Source: a virus. Taken from it: 64,000 nt of DNA. The DNA lies in IMG/VR virus record IMGVR_UViG_3300023174_007844, positions 1 to 64,000 of that record, one strand, 5' to 3'. This document shows positions 20,296 to 28,185 of this stretch, in pieces (positions within the stretch are counted from its first letter, which is position 1; each line of letters opens with the position of its first letter). Under the pieces are notes generated by a model. It did no database searches. It saw nothing but the letters and a program-made list of their open reading frames with translations, and was not told the origin of the DNA. The position numbers and the translations under genes are program-made.

Positions 20296-21899
20296 TACAA
20301 ATCATCCTCGTTCTCATTGTATCTCTTAATTTCAGAATTGCTACTGGAGGCATTTCTTGCTCTTTCACTAGCCCAAGATCTCAAGTATTGTATCTCTTCT
20401 TTCATCAATTTAGAAATGGGAACGGAATCTTTAATTGCGTCTACTATGTCTGATGTAATGATTTCTCTTTTGTTATCACTGAATGCTTCGTACAAAGCTG
20501 ATTCAATGGCAGCTTCTATTTCCGCACCTGTGAAACTTTCAGATAAATCTGCCAATAATTCCAAATTAAAATTCTTTGGATTTCTGTTTCTTTTCTCAAG
20601 GTGGATTTTAAATATAGTTTTTCTTTCTAGCAGTTTAGGAAGATCTACAAAGAAAATCTCATCAAATCTACCTTTTCTCAATAATTCTGGTGGCAATGAA
20701 GAAACATCATTGGCAGTAGCAACAACAAATACTGGAGACTTTCTATCCTGCATCCAAGTGAGCCAAGAACCTAAGACTCTAGATGTAGTACCGCCATCTG
20801 TTGTACTTGATGCTCTTGATCCAGACATGCCCTTATCAATTTCATCACACCAAAGAATACAGGGAGCTACAGATTCAGCCACTTTAAAAACTTGTCTCAT
20901 ATTTTGTTCAGAACTTCCAACAAGACCAGAAAATACTTTGCCCATGTCAAGTCTTAGAAGTGGGAAATTCCAAAATGATGAAATAGCTTTGGCGAATAAT
21001 GACTTACCAGCACCTTGAATGCCTACAAGTAAAATGCCTTTGGGATTTGCTGGCAATCCATAATCTAATGCCTCTAATGAAAAAGCATCTTTACGTTTTT
21101 CGAGCCAAGATTTTAATCCTGATAAACCACCAATACTATTCATATCAGTAGGGTCATCAATCCAATCCAATAAGCCTGATTTACGGATAATATCTTTCTT
21201 TTGTTGAATAATTGATTCAGGCAATAAGGATGTGTGTTTGATCATACAATAGGTACAAACTTGCTCACATTCTGATATTGTCAAACCTCTAAAACAATTG
21301 ACTACATTGTCAAGTTCTTCTTTGGTATATGATGTTTGAAATTTAGCAGCAAGATCAGGTCTTTTAGATGCTTTATCTAAAAGATATGTAATCTTTTCTG
21401 CTATTTCATCTTTACTTGGAAGAGGAAAATCAATTACAGGAACAGATTTTTCTAAATCTGTGGGAAGTTCTAGTGTGGATGAAAGAATAATTATTGCTTT
21501 GTTCTCTGTGGAAAAATCAAAGCTTAAGTTTTTCAATTGGCGGACAACTTTTATTTCTACTTGTCCACGATAGTTTCCAGAACCAAAAAATTTATTGTAA
21601 TCTTTCAACACCAAGATACAAAATTTATTCTTTGGAACTATAAGTTTTTTAAACCAGCCTAATACTTCTTCTTGGTCCAAAACACAATCAGATGCTTTTG
21701 CTGGTAAGAATTCTGGAAATGTTGAATGAAGTCCAGAAACGATATCCCATTTTACGAGATCCCAAGAAGTATCAGCTTTGGAACATAAACTTTCCAAAGC
21801 TGACATTACTCTATTTTCTTCTTGAGATACTAAATATAAGACTGTTCTTTTAGATCTTATTAGCAGCTCAATTTCATCTATTGTTTGATTGCTGTCCAT
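20295..21899 (-). CDS. Ycf46-like AAA+ ATPase
   Basis: IGGLSGLKSWL, GIQGAGKS, VGSSEQNMR, WCDEIDK, ATANDVSSLPPELLRKGRFDEIFFVDLP. Confidence 0.9.
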   Translation of the reverse strand: MDSNQTIDEIELLIRSKRTVLYLVSQEENRVMSALESLCSKADTSWDLVKWDIVSGLHSTFPEFLPAKASDCVLDQEEVLGWFKKLIVPKNKFCILVLKDYNKFFGSGNYRGQVEIKVVRQLKNLSFDFSTENKAIIILSSTLELPTDLEKSVPVIDFPLPSKDEIAEKITYLLDKASKRPDLAAKFQTSYTKEELDNVVNCFRGLTISECEQVCTYCMIKHTSLLPESIIQQKKDIIRKSGLLDWIDDPTDMNSIGGLSGLKSWLEKRKDAFSLEALDYGLPANPKGILLVGIQGAGKSLFAKAISSFWNFPLLRLDMGKVFSGLVGSSEQNMRQVFKVAESVAPCILWCDEIDKGMSGSRASSTTDGGTTSRVLGSWLTWMQDRKSPVFVVATANDVSSLPPELLRKGRFDEIFFVDLPKLLERKTIFKIHLEKRNRNPKNFNLELLADLSESFTGAEIEAAIESALYEAFSDNKREIITSDIVDAIKDSVPISKLMKEEIQYLRSWASERARNASSSNSEIKRYNENEDDL

Positions 21900-22716
21900 T
21901 TATAAACTTATCGAATTGAAATCTAGGATTGCCTGGATAATCTTCATCTCTCCACCAGGTTTCTTCCTTGTATTTAGTCGTGTATTTAACGAAAATTTCA
22001 CGCCAATCAAGCATTTCAAATCCTGGAAGATATGGGGATCTTGATATAGATTTTTGAAAAGTATCAGCTATCAGTTTCTTTTCTTCAGCATTGCCTTTGG
22101 AAAGTGTGGCAAAAAGTTGATTCAATCCAGATGTAAAATCTTCTGCACTAATGTTTTGTGTCTTAGCATAGTAGGTACAAACAATAGGAATGCCAAATTT
22201 GGAAAACATTTCTTTTGATCTTCCAAGTTTTGCCAAGCTCTTCACTTCATCATAGATATCAATCAGAGGTGCAGAATTATTTGTATTAATTACATCTTGG
22301 TAGTAACGATTCAAATAGTGAGGAAATTCCATAAGTAAGAAGTGTCCTGACCTTTGCATGATTACAGTTTTATTTATGAAGCACCAATCAATAAATTTCT
22401 TGGTCCATTCATTCTTGTCTAACTTATTGTCTTCCATAAAATCAGCAATTATGTTGATGATTTTATTGTCAGAGGTGTAAGTGACTCGGTAAACCCCATC
22501 AAATGCTTTCTTGTATTCGTTCAAGAAGTAATCTGTGAAATTCTTAGCCGTCCAATCATTAAGATTTTCTGGTGCTTCTTTCAAAGTCTTAATTACAGGC
22601 TTTTTGCGCTGTCGTTTGTTGGCTTGAAATGGATTTACCAATTCAGATTGAAGAGGAACGTGTTGCATATAAATACCTTTCACAAAGTCATAAGTGGGAT
22701 CATTAACTGTCTTCAT
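21874..22716 (-). CDS. Hypothetical protein
   Basis: 280-aa ORF overlapping neighbours in the operon. Confidence 0.7.
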   Translation of the reverse strand: MKTVNDPTYDFVKGIYMQHVPLQSELVNPFQANKRQRKKPVIKTLKEAPENLNDWTAKNFTDYFLNEYKKAFDGVYRVTYTSDNKIINIIADFMEDNKLDKNEWTKKFIDWCFINKTVIMQRSGHFLLMEFPHYLNRYYQDVINTNNSAPLIDIYDEVKSLAKLGRSKEMFSKFGIPIVCTYYAKTQNISAEDFTSGLNQLFATLSKGNAEEKKLIADTFQKSISRSPYLPGFEMLDWREIFVKYTTKYKEETWWRDEDYPGNPRFQFDKFINGQQSNNR

Positions 22717-23428
22717 CTTCTACCTCAATCAAATCAAAATTTTGCATCTCCTTTATCTCTTCTAAAGAAGTTTCTTTTACTTTGGCTATGCCATTTTCTT
22801 TATATACTAGATAATTTTTTGATGATATAAGGGCAAATTTTTCTGGAGAGTGAGTAATGAGTATATTTTGTAAACCTAATTCAGTGTTATATTTCTTCAT
22901 AAATTTCAATAAATATTTCATTACTCCATCTTTAGAAACAGCAGAAAATGCTTCATCTAAGAAATAAGCACCTGTGTATCCATTATAAGTTCCAAAAGCA
23001 ATTCGCAATATATAGCTGATAATTTCATGCAGTCCTCCTCCACTTGTTCCACGTAAAGGACGTTTTACTAACTCACCATCAATTATTTTTTCCAATGTTG
23101 GCGAAATTGTAAATTGACTTGTATTTTCACTTTCCTTTTGGCTTATTTCTTTCATTTCCATAGTGAAAGTATAATCTTGGCTATACATATCTCTTGACCA
23201 AGCAGTAACTAATTCTTCAATTGAAGAAATTGCATTAAGTCTGGTTTCTTGTGCTATTTGGCGAATAAATATATTAGCTTTTTTGTTGAGTTCTTTATCA
23301 ACTTCTAACTCTTTTATCTTACTTTCTTGTTCTTCTAAAAGAGTTTGTAAGGTTTTGCGTTCTGCTTCAAGAGTAATCAATTCTCTTTCAAGTTTACTAC
23401 AAAAGCTTTTAATTTGCTGAAGATTCAA
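22703..23428 (-). CDS. Rad50/SbcC C-terminal half (coiled coil + ABC signature/Walker B)
   Basis: Coiled-coil N-terminus, TSGGG signature, YFLDEAFS Walker B/D-loop, ILITH H-loop; no Walker A. Confidence 0.85.
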   Translation of the reverse strand: MNLQQIKSFCSKLERELITLEAERKTLQTLLEEQESKIKELEVDKELNKKANIFIRQIAQETRLNAISSIEELVTAWSRDMYSQDYTFTMEMKEISQKESENTSQFTISPTLEKIIDGELVKRPLRGTSGGGLHEIISYILRIAFGTYNGYTGAYFLDEAFSAVSKDGVMKYLLKFMKKYNTELGLQNILITHSPEKFALISSKNYLVYKENGIAKVKETSLEEIKEMQNFDLIEVEDEDS

Positions 23429-23430
23429 GA

Positions 23431-23685
23431 CTACTCTCCTTCAAGTTCAACAACTTTATCTTGTAACTCCTGAAGTTTGCTTTCTAATTCAGATTGCTTA
23501 TTTGTAATTAGATTCTTAAGATCTTTTGGTTTGCAGCCATAGTTGTTTTTGCAAGTTTGTACTAAATCATCATATTCAGTTTTAAATTGTTCAAGCTGCG
23601 TAGATAAAACTTGAACTTTACCTTCAGCATTTCCTTTTTTCTTCTTGTATGCTTCGATCTGATCTAGAATTTCTTTAGATGTCAT
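23431..23685 (-). CDS. Small coiled-coil protein within the sbcCD cluster
   Basis: Heptad-rich 84 aa. Confidence 0.7.
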   Translation of the reverse strand: MTSKEILDQIEAYKKKKGNAEGKVQVLSTQLEQFKTEYDDLVQTCKNNYGCKPKDLKNLITNKQSELESKLQELQDKVVELEGE

Positions 23686-23689
23686 TTTT

Positions 23690-24691
23690 TCATTCCCCCT
23701 TAATAGTCTTGGTATTTACGGTCTTAACAGCATTGATAGCTAAATCAATAATTTCATTGCTTATATTAGCGTTTTCTGCTTTAGTTCTTAGCGCAGAGAT
23801 TTTATCATCAAGATTTGTAAACTGCCATGATGTAGTTCTCATGTTTGCAACCTTAAGTTTGAACTCATGTGTATCTTTCTTAAGTTCTTTTGCTGCTTGC
23901 ATTTCTTCAAGCTTAAAAACTTCACTAGCTGGTTTTGCAGATTTAAGCTTGATATATTCTTCGTTTTGAATTTCACCATCCAATGTATAGTCAAGAATTA
24001 ATATTTTAATGTCTTTTTCTAAATTGTCCCTAGACGCTGAATACCTACTGATTGAACCAGGGTTAATAAATCGCTTGCCATCACTTCTTGTTTGCGTCAT
24101 TTCGTGATGTATATGACCTGAAATGACTAGATTTGTATTGGGATGCAAAGGTGTATCCTCGAAAAGATAAGCATATTCAGCAAACCTATCAATTTTTGTT
24201 GAGATCGATGCATGACAAACCCAAATAATTGCTGATGAAGTTGTAAGAAAACCTTGCTTTATTTCTCTGTCTAAAGATGGAGTGTAATGAGCAAAAGATA
24301 TACCCAAAGAAGGTTCATAGTCTGTCTTAATCAATAATCCAGCTGAAATAAGTGTTCCTAAAGCAGTCTTTTCAAGATTTGAAGAACTATCGAGATCGTG
24401 ATTCCCTACACAGATATAGATAGGAAATGACCAAGGTTTATTGCCATTTGGTATACCTTTCAAAATTTCTAAAGTTTGATTTCGTAAGAGTGGTCCAACT
24501 TCATAAACTTCAAATAGATCACCAAGAAGAACAACGGCATCAAGCTTTCTTTCTTCAGCAATTTGCAAACATTCAACAAGCTTTGCTCTGATTGACAAAC
24601 TATAATCATCAAGCCTATTTTTTGGTTGCCTATCCATTAAGTGAATATCACCAACAAACATGACTTTATTTTGTTTAATTACATTCTTCAT
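23690..24691 (-). CDS. Mre11/SbcD-like metallophosphoesterase nuclease
   Basis: GDIH, LGDLF, VGNHD, SGHIH, INPGS motifs; ATGA coupling with the upstream gene. Confidence 0.9.
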   Translation of the reverse strand: MKNVIKQNKVMFVGDIHLMDRQPKNRLDDYSLSIRAKLVECLQIAEERKLDAVVLLGDLFEVYEVGPLLRNQTLEILKGIPNGNKPWSFPIYICVGNHDLDSSSNLEKTALGTLISAGLLIKTDYEPSLGISFAHYTPSLDREIKQGFLTTSSAIIWVCHASISTKIDRFAEYAYLFEDTPLHPNTNLVISGHIHHEMTQTRSDGKRFINPGSISRYSASRDNLEKDIKILILDYTLDGEIQNEEYIKLKSAKPASEVFKLEEMQAAKELKKDTHEFKLKVANMRTTSWQFTNLDDKISALRTKAENANISNEIIDLAINAVKTVNTKTIKGE

Positions 24692-25833
24692 GATAATCTC
24701 TGGCACACACAGAATCTTCCACAGGATTCACAGCTTTCAAAATTTTCTCTTGCGTAAATCTCCAAAGATTCAATTTCTATATCACATTCTTTGATAATTT
24801 GATTTAGTTTTTTGATATCTTCTAATTTAGTATCAATATTTGAGTTTGTATTTTCAATATCAGAATCCAGCTTCTCCATAGTTAATAATTCAGTATGAAT
24901 GGAATCACAGTTTGAAATAAGTTGTCCTATATCACCTTCAGCAATTTCGTAATAATGATTGTAACTCTTTTCGGCAGTTTTATATTGAGTCACTTTATTT
25001 GAAATATTTTCAATCAAAATAAGACCATCTGATATGTCATTATAATTTTTAGTCAACTCTGGAATAACTGAGCTATAAACTTCTTCAAGTGCTTCATATT
25101 TGATTTTTTCATTTTTACAATCAACATATTGTTTGTAAGCTTTGTAAAAATCATCAACAAATTCTTCTAAAGTATCAATTTCAGACTCTAAATTTTCATA
25201 ATCTTGAATAAGATCTTTGAGTTTATTGAAATTTTCTATTCTTTCATCAAGATTTTCAAATGGCTTTAATTTTGTTTTAGTTGAGTCAAGTTCAGCAGAT
25301 ACTCTTTTTATATCTGCTGAAATTTTATTAACTTCAGAATTAAGTAATGACCCTGCTTGTTCTAGATCATCTATTCTTAGAAGTTTTGAAATATCTTTTG
25401 GTATTGCTGTATCTGTAGAATTGATAAGAAATAATTTATCTTCTTGGTTAGCAAAAGGAACATAAGAATGAGCTGTTCTTGGTGTGTGTCCGATAAATTC
25501 CACAACATCTTTTGGAAGATCAGAGCCAAATTTTGCGTGTTTGACAAGTTCTTTTCCAAAATACTGATACTCTACTTCATTGACAGTACCTTTGGTTCGC
25601 TTCAAATAGTCGCCATTCTTAAAAATGACAGTGATTTCGGTATTTTTTTGGCCATTTTTGACATCATATGACTTCCATTCATTCTCGAATACAAACATAA
25701 ATGCACGAAATAATGCTGACTTGCCACAGTCAGACGAACCTGTAATTACTGTCAAGCCAGATCCAAAAGTTAAAAAAGTATCTTCGTGATTTTGAAAATT
25801 CTTTATACGAATGCTCTCTATATGCCTATTCAT
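24688..25833 (-). CDS. Rad50/SbcC N-terminal half ending at the Zn-hook
   Basis: IKNFQNH, Walker A GSSDCGKS, Q-loop NQED, coiled coil, terminal CESCGR. Confidence 0.88.
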   Translation of the reverse strand: MNRHIESIRIKNFQNHEDTFLTFGSGLTVITGSSDCGKSALFRAFMFVFENEWKSYDVKNGQKNTEITVIFKNGDYLKRTKGTVNEVEYQYFGKELVKHAKFGSDLPKDVVEFIGHTPRTAHSYVPFANQEDKLFLINSTDTAIPKDISKLLRIDDLEQAGSLLNSEVNKISADIKRVSAELDSTKTKLKPFENLDERIENFNKLKDLIQDYENLESEIDTLEEFVDDFYKAYKQYVDCKNEKIKYEALEEVYSSVIPELTKNYNDISDGLILIENISNKVTQYKTAEKSYNHYYEIAEGDIGQLISNCDSIHTELLTMEKLDSDIENTNSNIDTKLEDIKKLNQIIKECDIEIESLEIYARENFESCESCGRFCVCQRLS

Positions 25834-26315
25834 CTTATAAGCATTGTAGACAATATATCTGGAAAATGCAAGTATACAAATTCAGAGCGAGATCTAATTA
25901 TTGAATTGGGTATATCAAACACATTTGGAATTTCAATTTTATATAGTTCAGCCTTGATCAATTTTATAGGGTTACTGGTCATAGGGCAACATTTATTTGT
26001 TTTGCCATTATGTAATTTATTGCAGCTCATACAAAGAAATTCTGATGATTTAAAATATGGAATAAAAAAATCTACAGTGATGTCAAGTTCTATTTTTCTA
26101 AATTTTAAATATGTATGATTATTGAAGTCTTTGTAATTTTCACATATTTTACGGAATGTTGTGCCTTTATTATCTACAAATAAAGTGCTGGGTATTTTTA
26201 TTTCATAATCATTTGTAAAAACAAACTTAGTCTCTGATAAAATACCAGGACTAGCCAAACAGCATAGGAGCTCATTGTTTATTTGTGAAAATCTATATTG
26301 TGCTGGCTTCTTCAT
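25830..26315 (-). CDS. Hypothetical Cys-containing protein
   Basis: 161 aa with CMSC...CC; ATGA coupled to the Rad50-N gene. Confidence 0.55.
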   Translation of the reverse strand: MKKPAQYRFSQINNELLCCLASPGILSETKFVFTNDYEIKIPSTLFVDNKGTTFRKICENYKDFNNHTYLKFRKIELDITVDFFIPYFKSSEFLCMSCNKLHNGKTNKCCPMTSNPIKLIKAELYKIEIPNVFDIPNSIIRSRSEFVYLHFPDILSTMLIR

Positions 26316-26326
26316 TGGAGGGGAAT

Positions 26327-26524
26327 ATGAAAATAAGTATTGATCGGGATATGCTACTTACTGAATTATACGATTTACGAGCAATATTGACTGAAGCGGC
26401 TTTAGAATCAGATGAAGCAAGGAAAGGCAAATTGAAACTTGATGAAATTTTAACCTTGATTATGAATTCACCACAATCAGAAAATAATTCATCATATCCA
26501 AAGCCAAAGTTGAGGAGGGGCTAA
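26327..26524 (+). CDS. Small hypothetical protein
   Basis: SD GGAGGGG before ATG 26327. Confidence 0.55.
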   Translation: MKISIDRDMLLTELYDLRAILTEAALESDEARKGKLKLDEILTLIMNSPQSENNSSYPKPKLRRG

Positions 26525-26754
26525 TGACACAAGTAAGACTAGAAGAAATATTGTCTAAAGAAAATATTTCGAATGAAGAGTTGGGAGAAATCCTTGGAGA
26601 TATGTTTGTTTCATTCAGCAAACATTTCAAAGAACTCAAAAATCAAATGAATAATCTAAGTGAAGAGATTGACGATTTAAAAAAAGAAATCCAAGCATTA
26701 GAAGATCAATCTAAACTTGGATTTGGAATAATTTTAGAGGATGAGGAAGATTAG
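26524..26754 (+). CDS. Small acidic coiled-coil protein
   Basis: SD GGAGGGG, TAATG coupling. Confidence 0.6.
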   Translation: MTQVRLEEILSKENISNEELGEILGDMFVSFSKHFKELKNQMNNLSEEIDDLKKEIQALEDQSKLGFGIILEDEED

Positions 26755-27221
26755 TCTTCCTCATCAGTCATTTGTATTCGCACTAAAAATGGCTGATCAG
26801 TCTCATAACTAGCCCATGTAGAAGAATCAACTTGGTAAACATCTGAACTTCCGGTATATGGGCAAACAATATTTGGTTGGTCTTCTTTGCTATTCATTTC
26901 AACATAAACAACTGCCATACGATCACGGTCTTTCTTTGCTGCAGTTTGGTTAGTTGTTGTATCGAAATTTGCATCAATAACTCCTAATGATCTTTCGCCT
27001 TCTTCAGTAAGGTCATCATCATCCATATCGTCTAGAAGATCAATGTCATCTACTGGAACTTCAATTTCAATGGTTTCTCCATCTCTAACAACATACATCT
27101 TCTCAAATTTCATATTATGGGAATCACTATCAACACCCATAAGTTCATCCATAGCAGCTCTTGTTTGTTCTTCAGCTGTCTTTTCATCAACAATTACACC
27201 AGCAACTTTTCGCTCTTCCAT
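26751..27221 (-). CDS. Hypothetical acidic protein
   Basis: 156 aa, C-terminal CPYTGS motif. Confidence 0.65.
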   Translation of the reverse strand: MEERKVAGVIVDEKTAEEQTRAAMDELMGVDSDSHNMKFEKMYVVRDGETIEIEVPVDDIDLLDDMDDDDLTEEGERSLGVIDANFDTTTNQTAAKKDRDRMAVVYVEMNSKEDQPNIVCPYTGSSDVYQVDSSTWASYETDQPFLVRIQMTDEED

Positions 27222-27229
27222 CTTGTTTC

Positions 27230-28075
27230 CTATGCTATATTTTTGTCAGTAAAATCATAAAGATTAAAATTTATCTTTATTGGGTAGTTCAATCCGCCAA
27301 TAGGAATAAATGTAAATACTTCAGGCACATTTTTTTCTACCTTAAGACAAAATACATCTGATTCTTGCTTGACAGATACAAATTCAGTCATTGTAATTTT
27401 ACCCTTATGTGAAAATACAAGCAATCCATCACCACCACGAGGAGAGAAAGACATCTTCATAATTCCAGATTTACGAGGGATTACAGTGAGCCTAATATCA
27501 GAACCATATTGACCCAAAACTGTGCCTTCAATTTTCTCTCCTATTAATACAGAAGATGGGATTTTCATATACACATCAAGAGATTTTTCTAGCTTGTAAT
27601 CTAATTGTAAAACATCAAGATAATTTGTCGGATTGTTCTCTACACCTAATCTGCATATAACCCTGTCATTTTGTTGAAATTCACCCTCGATTATGCCAGA
27701 TATAGTTTCTTCTGGTTCTAATTTGCAGTAGACATTCAAAGGAGCAGTTGTTTGTTTAGCTAGGAAGAAATTTTTTATTGAATATGCTCCTGCTCTATCT
27801 GGTAAATAATGAGCATTAAAAGATTTTTTCAATGATTTCACTTTAAGATCAGAATTCATATAAAATTTTTGTGGCTTGTCTGTTCCGTTTTTATAATGAA
27901 CAAAATATCTCACTCTGGTATTTTGTGTAAATTTTTTATCGTGTAGTACTCCTGACTTACAAATTGTTTCTGGGTTGTTCAAGTATAACAAATAAGATGT
28001 TTGTTGAGAATTTAAAATAAATAAAGCCGCAATCAAACATTTGATCACAGCATATAACTTAAGAGAGAACGCCAT
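27230..28075 (-). CDS. Predicted exported beta-rich protein
   Basis: Hydrophobic N-terminus; NNPE..GVL..R.F.HYKN, GQYG, PRGG motifs recall an uncharacterised bacterial cell-envelope domain; SD GGAGGG. Confidence 0.55.
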   Translation of the reverse strand: MAFSLKLYAVIKCLIAALFILNSQQTSYLLYLNNPETICKSGVLHDKKFTQNTRVRYFVHYKNGTDKPQKFYMNSDLKVKSLKKSFNAHYLPDRAGAYSIKNFFLAKQTTAPLNVYCKLEPEETISGIIEGEFQQNDRVICRLGVENNPTNYLDVLQLDYKLEKSLDVYMKIPSSVLIGEKIEGTVLGQYGSDIRLTVIPRKSGIMKMSFSPRGGDGLLVFSHKGKITMTEFVSVKQESDVFCLKVEKNVPEVFTFIPIGGLNYPIKINFNLYDFTDKNIA

Positions 28076-28127
28076 TGTTAAACCCTCCAAGGAATAACGT
28101 TAAACTAGGTTTAATATTCTAGATATA

Positions 28128-28155
28128 AAGGGCTGAAAACTCCTAAAAAAGAAAA
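28128..28155 (+). promoter_or_regulatory. Putative phage late promoter (AAGG-N18-AGAAAA)
   Basis: Fixed 18-nt spacing; upstream of the 28186-32526 operon. Confidence 0.55.
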
Positions 28156-28185
28156 GTAATCATATCTCTAATTTGGATCTCATTT

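Noticed and set aside
20317-21018. 233-aa plus-strand ORF and the many other short antisense/out-of-frame ORFs in the track (e.g. 1031, 11104, 13054, 25217, 36920, 51168)
   Set aside because: They are shadows of well-supported genes on the other strand or frame, with Ser/Leu/Phe-rich composition and no expression signals
22703-25833. Rad50 and primase splits as pseudogenes or assembly frameshifts
   Set aside because: The halves are separated by intact genes, retain catalytic motifs and are translationally coupled to neighbours
505-26315. Bacterial chromosome or eukaryotic giant virus origin
   Set aside because: Divergent replisome genes are packed into one operon with hypotheticals, there are no housekeeping operons, and bacterial promoters, SDs, terminators and DnaE/DnaG point to a large bacteriophage
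28115-28145. Late-promoter motif on the minus strand before the 28075 gene
   Set aside because: AGAATA is present but TAGG is 21 nt away rather than 18, so it was not counted
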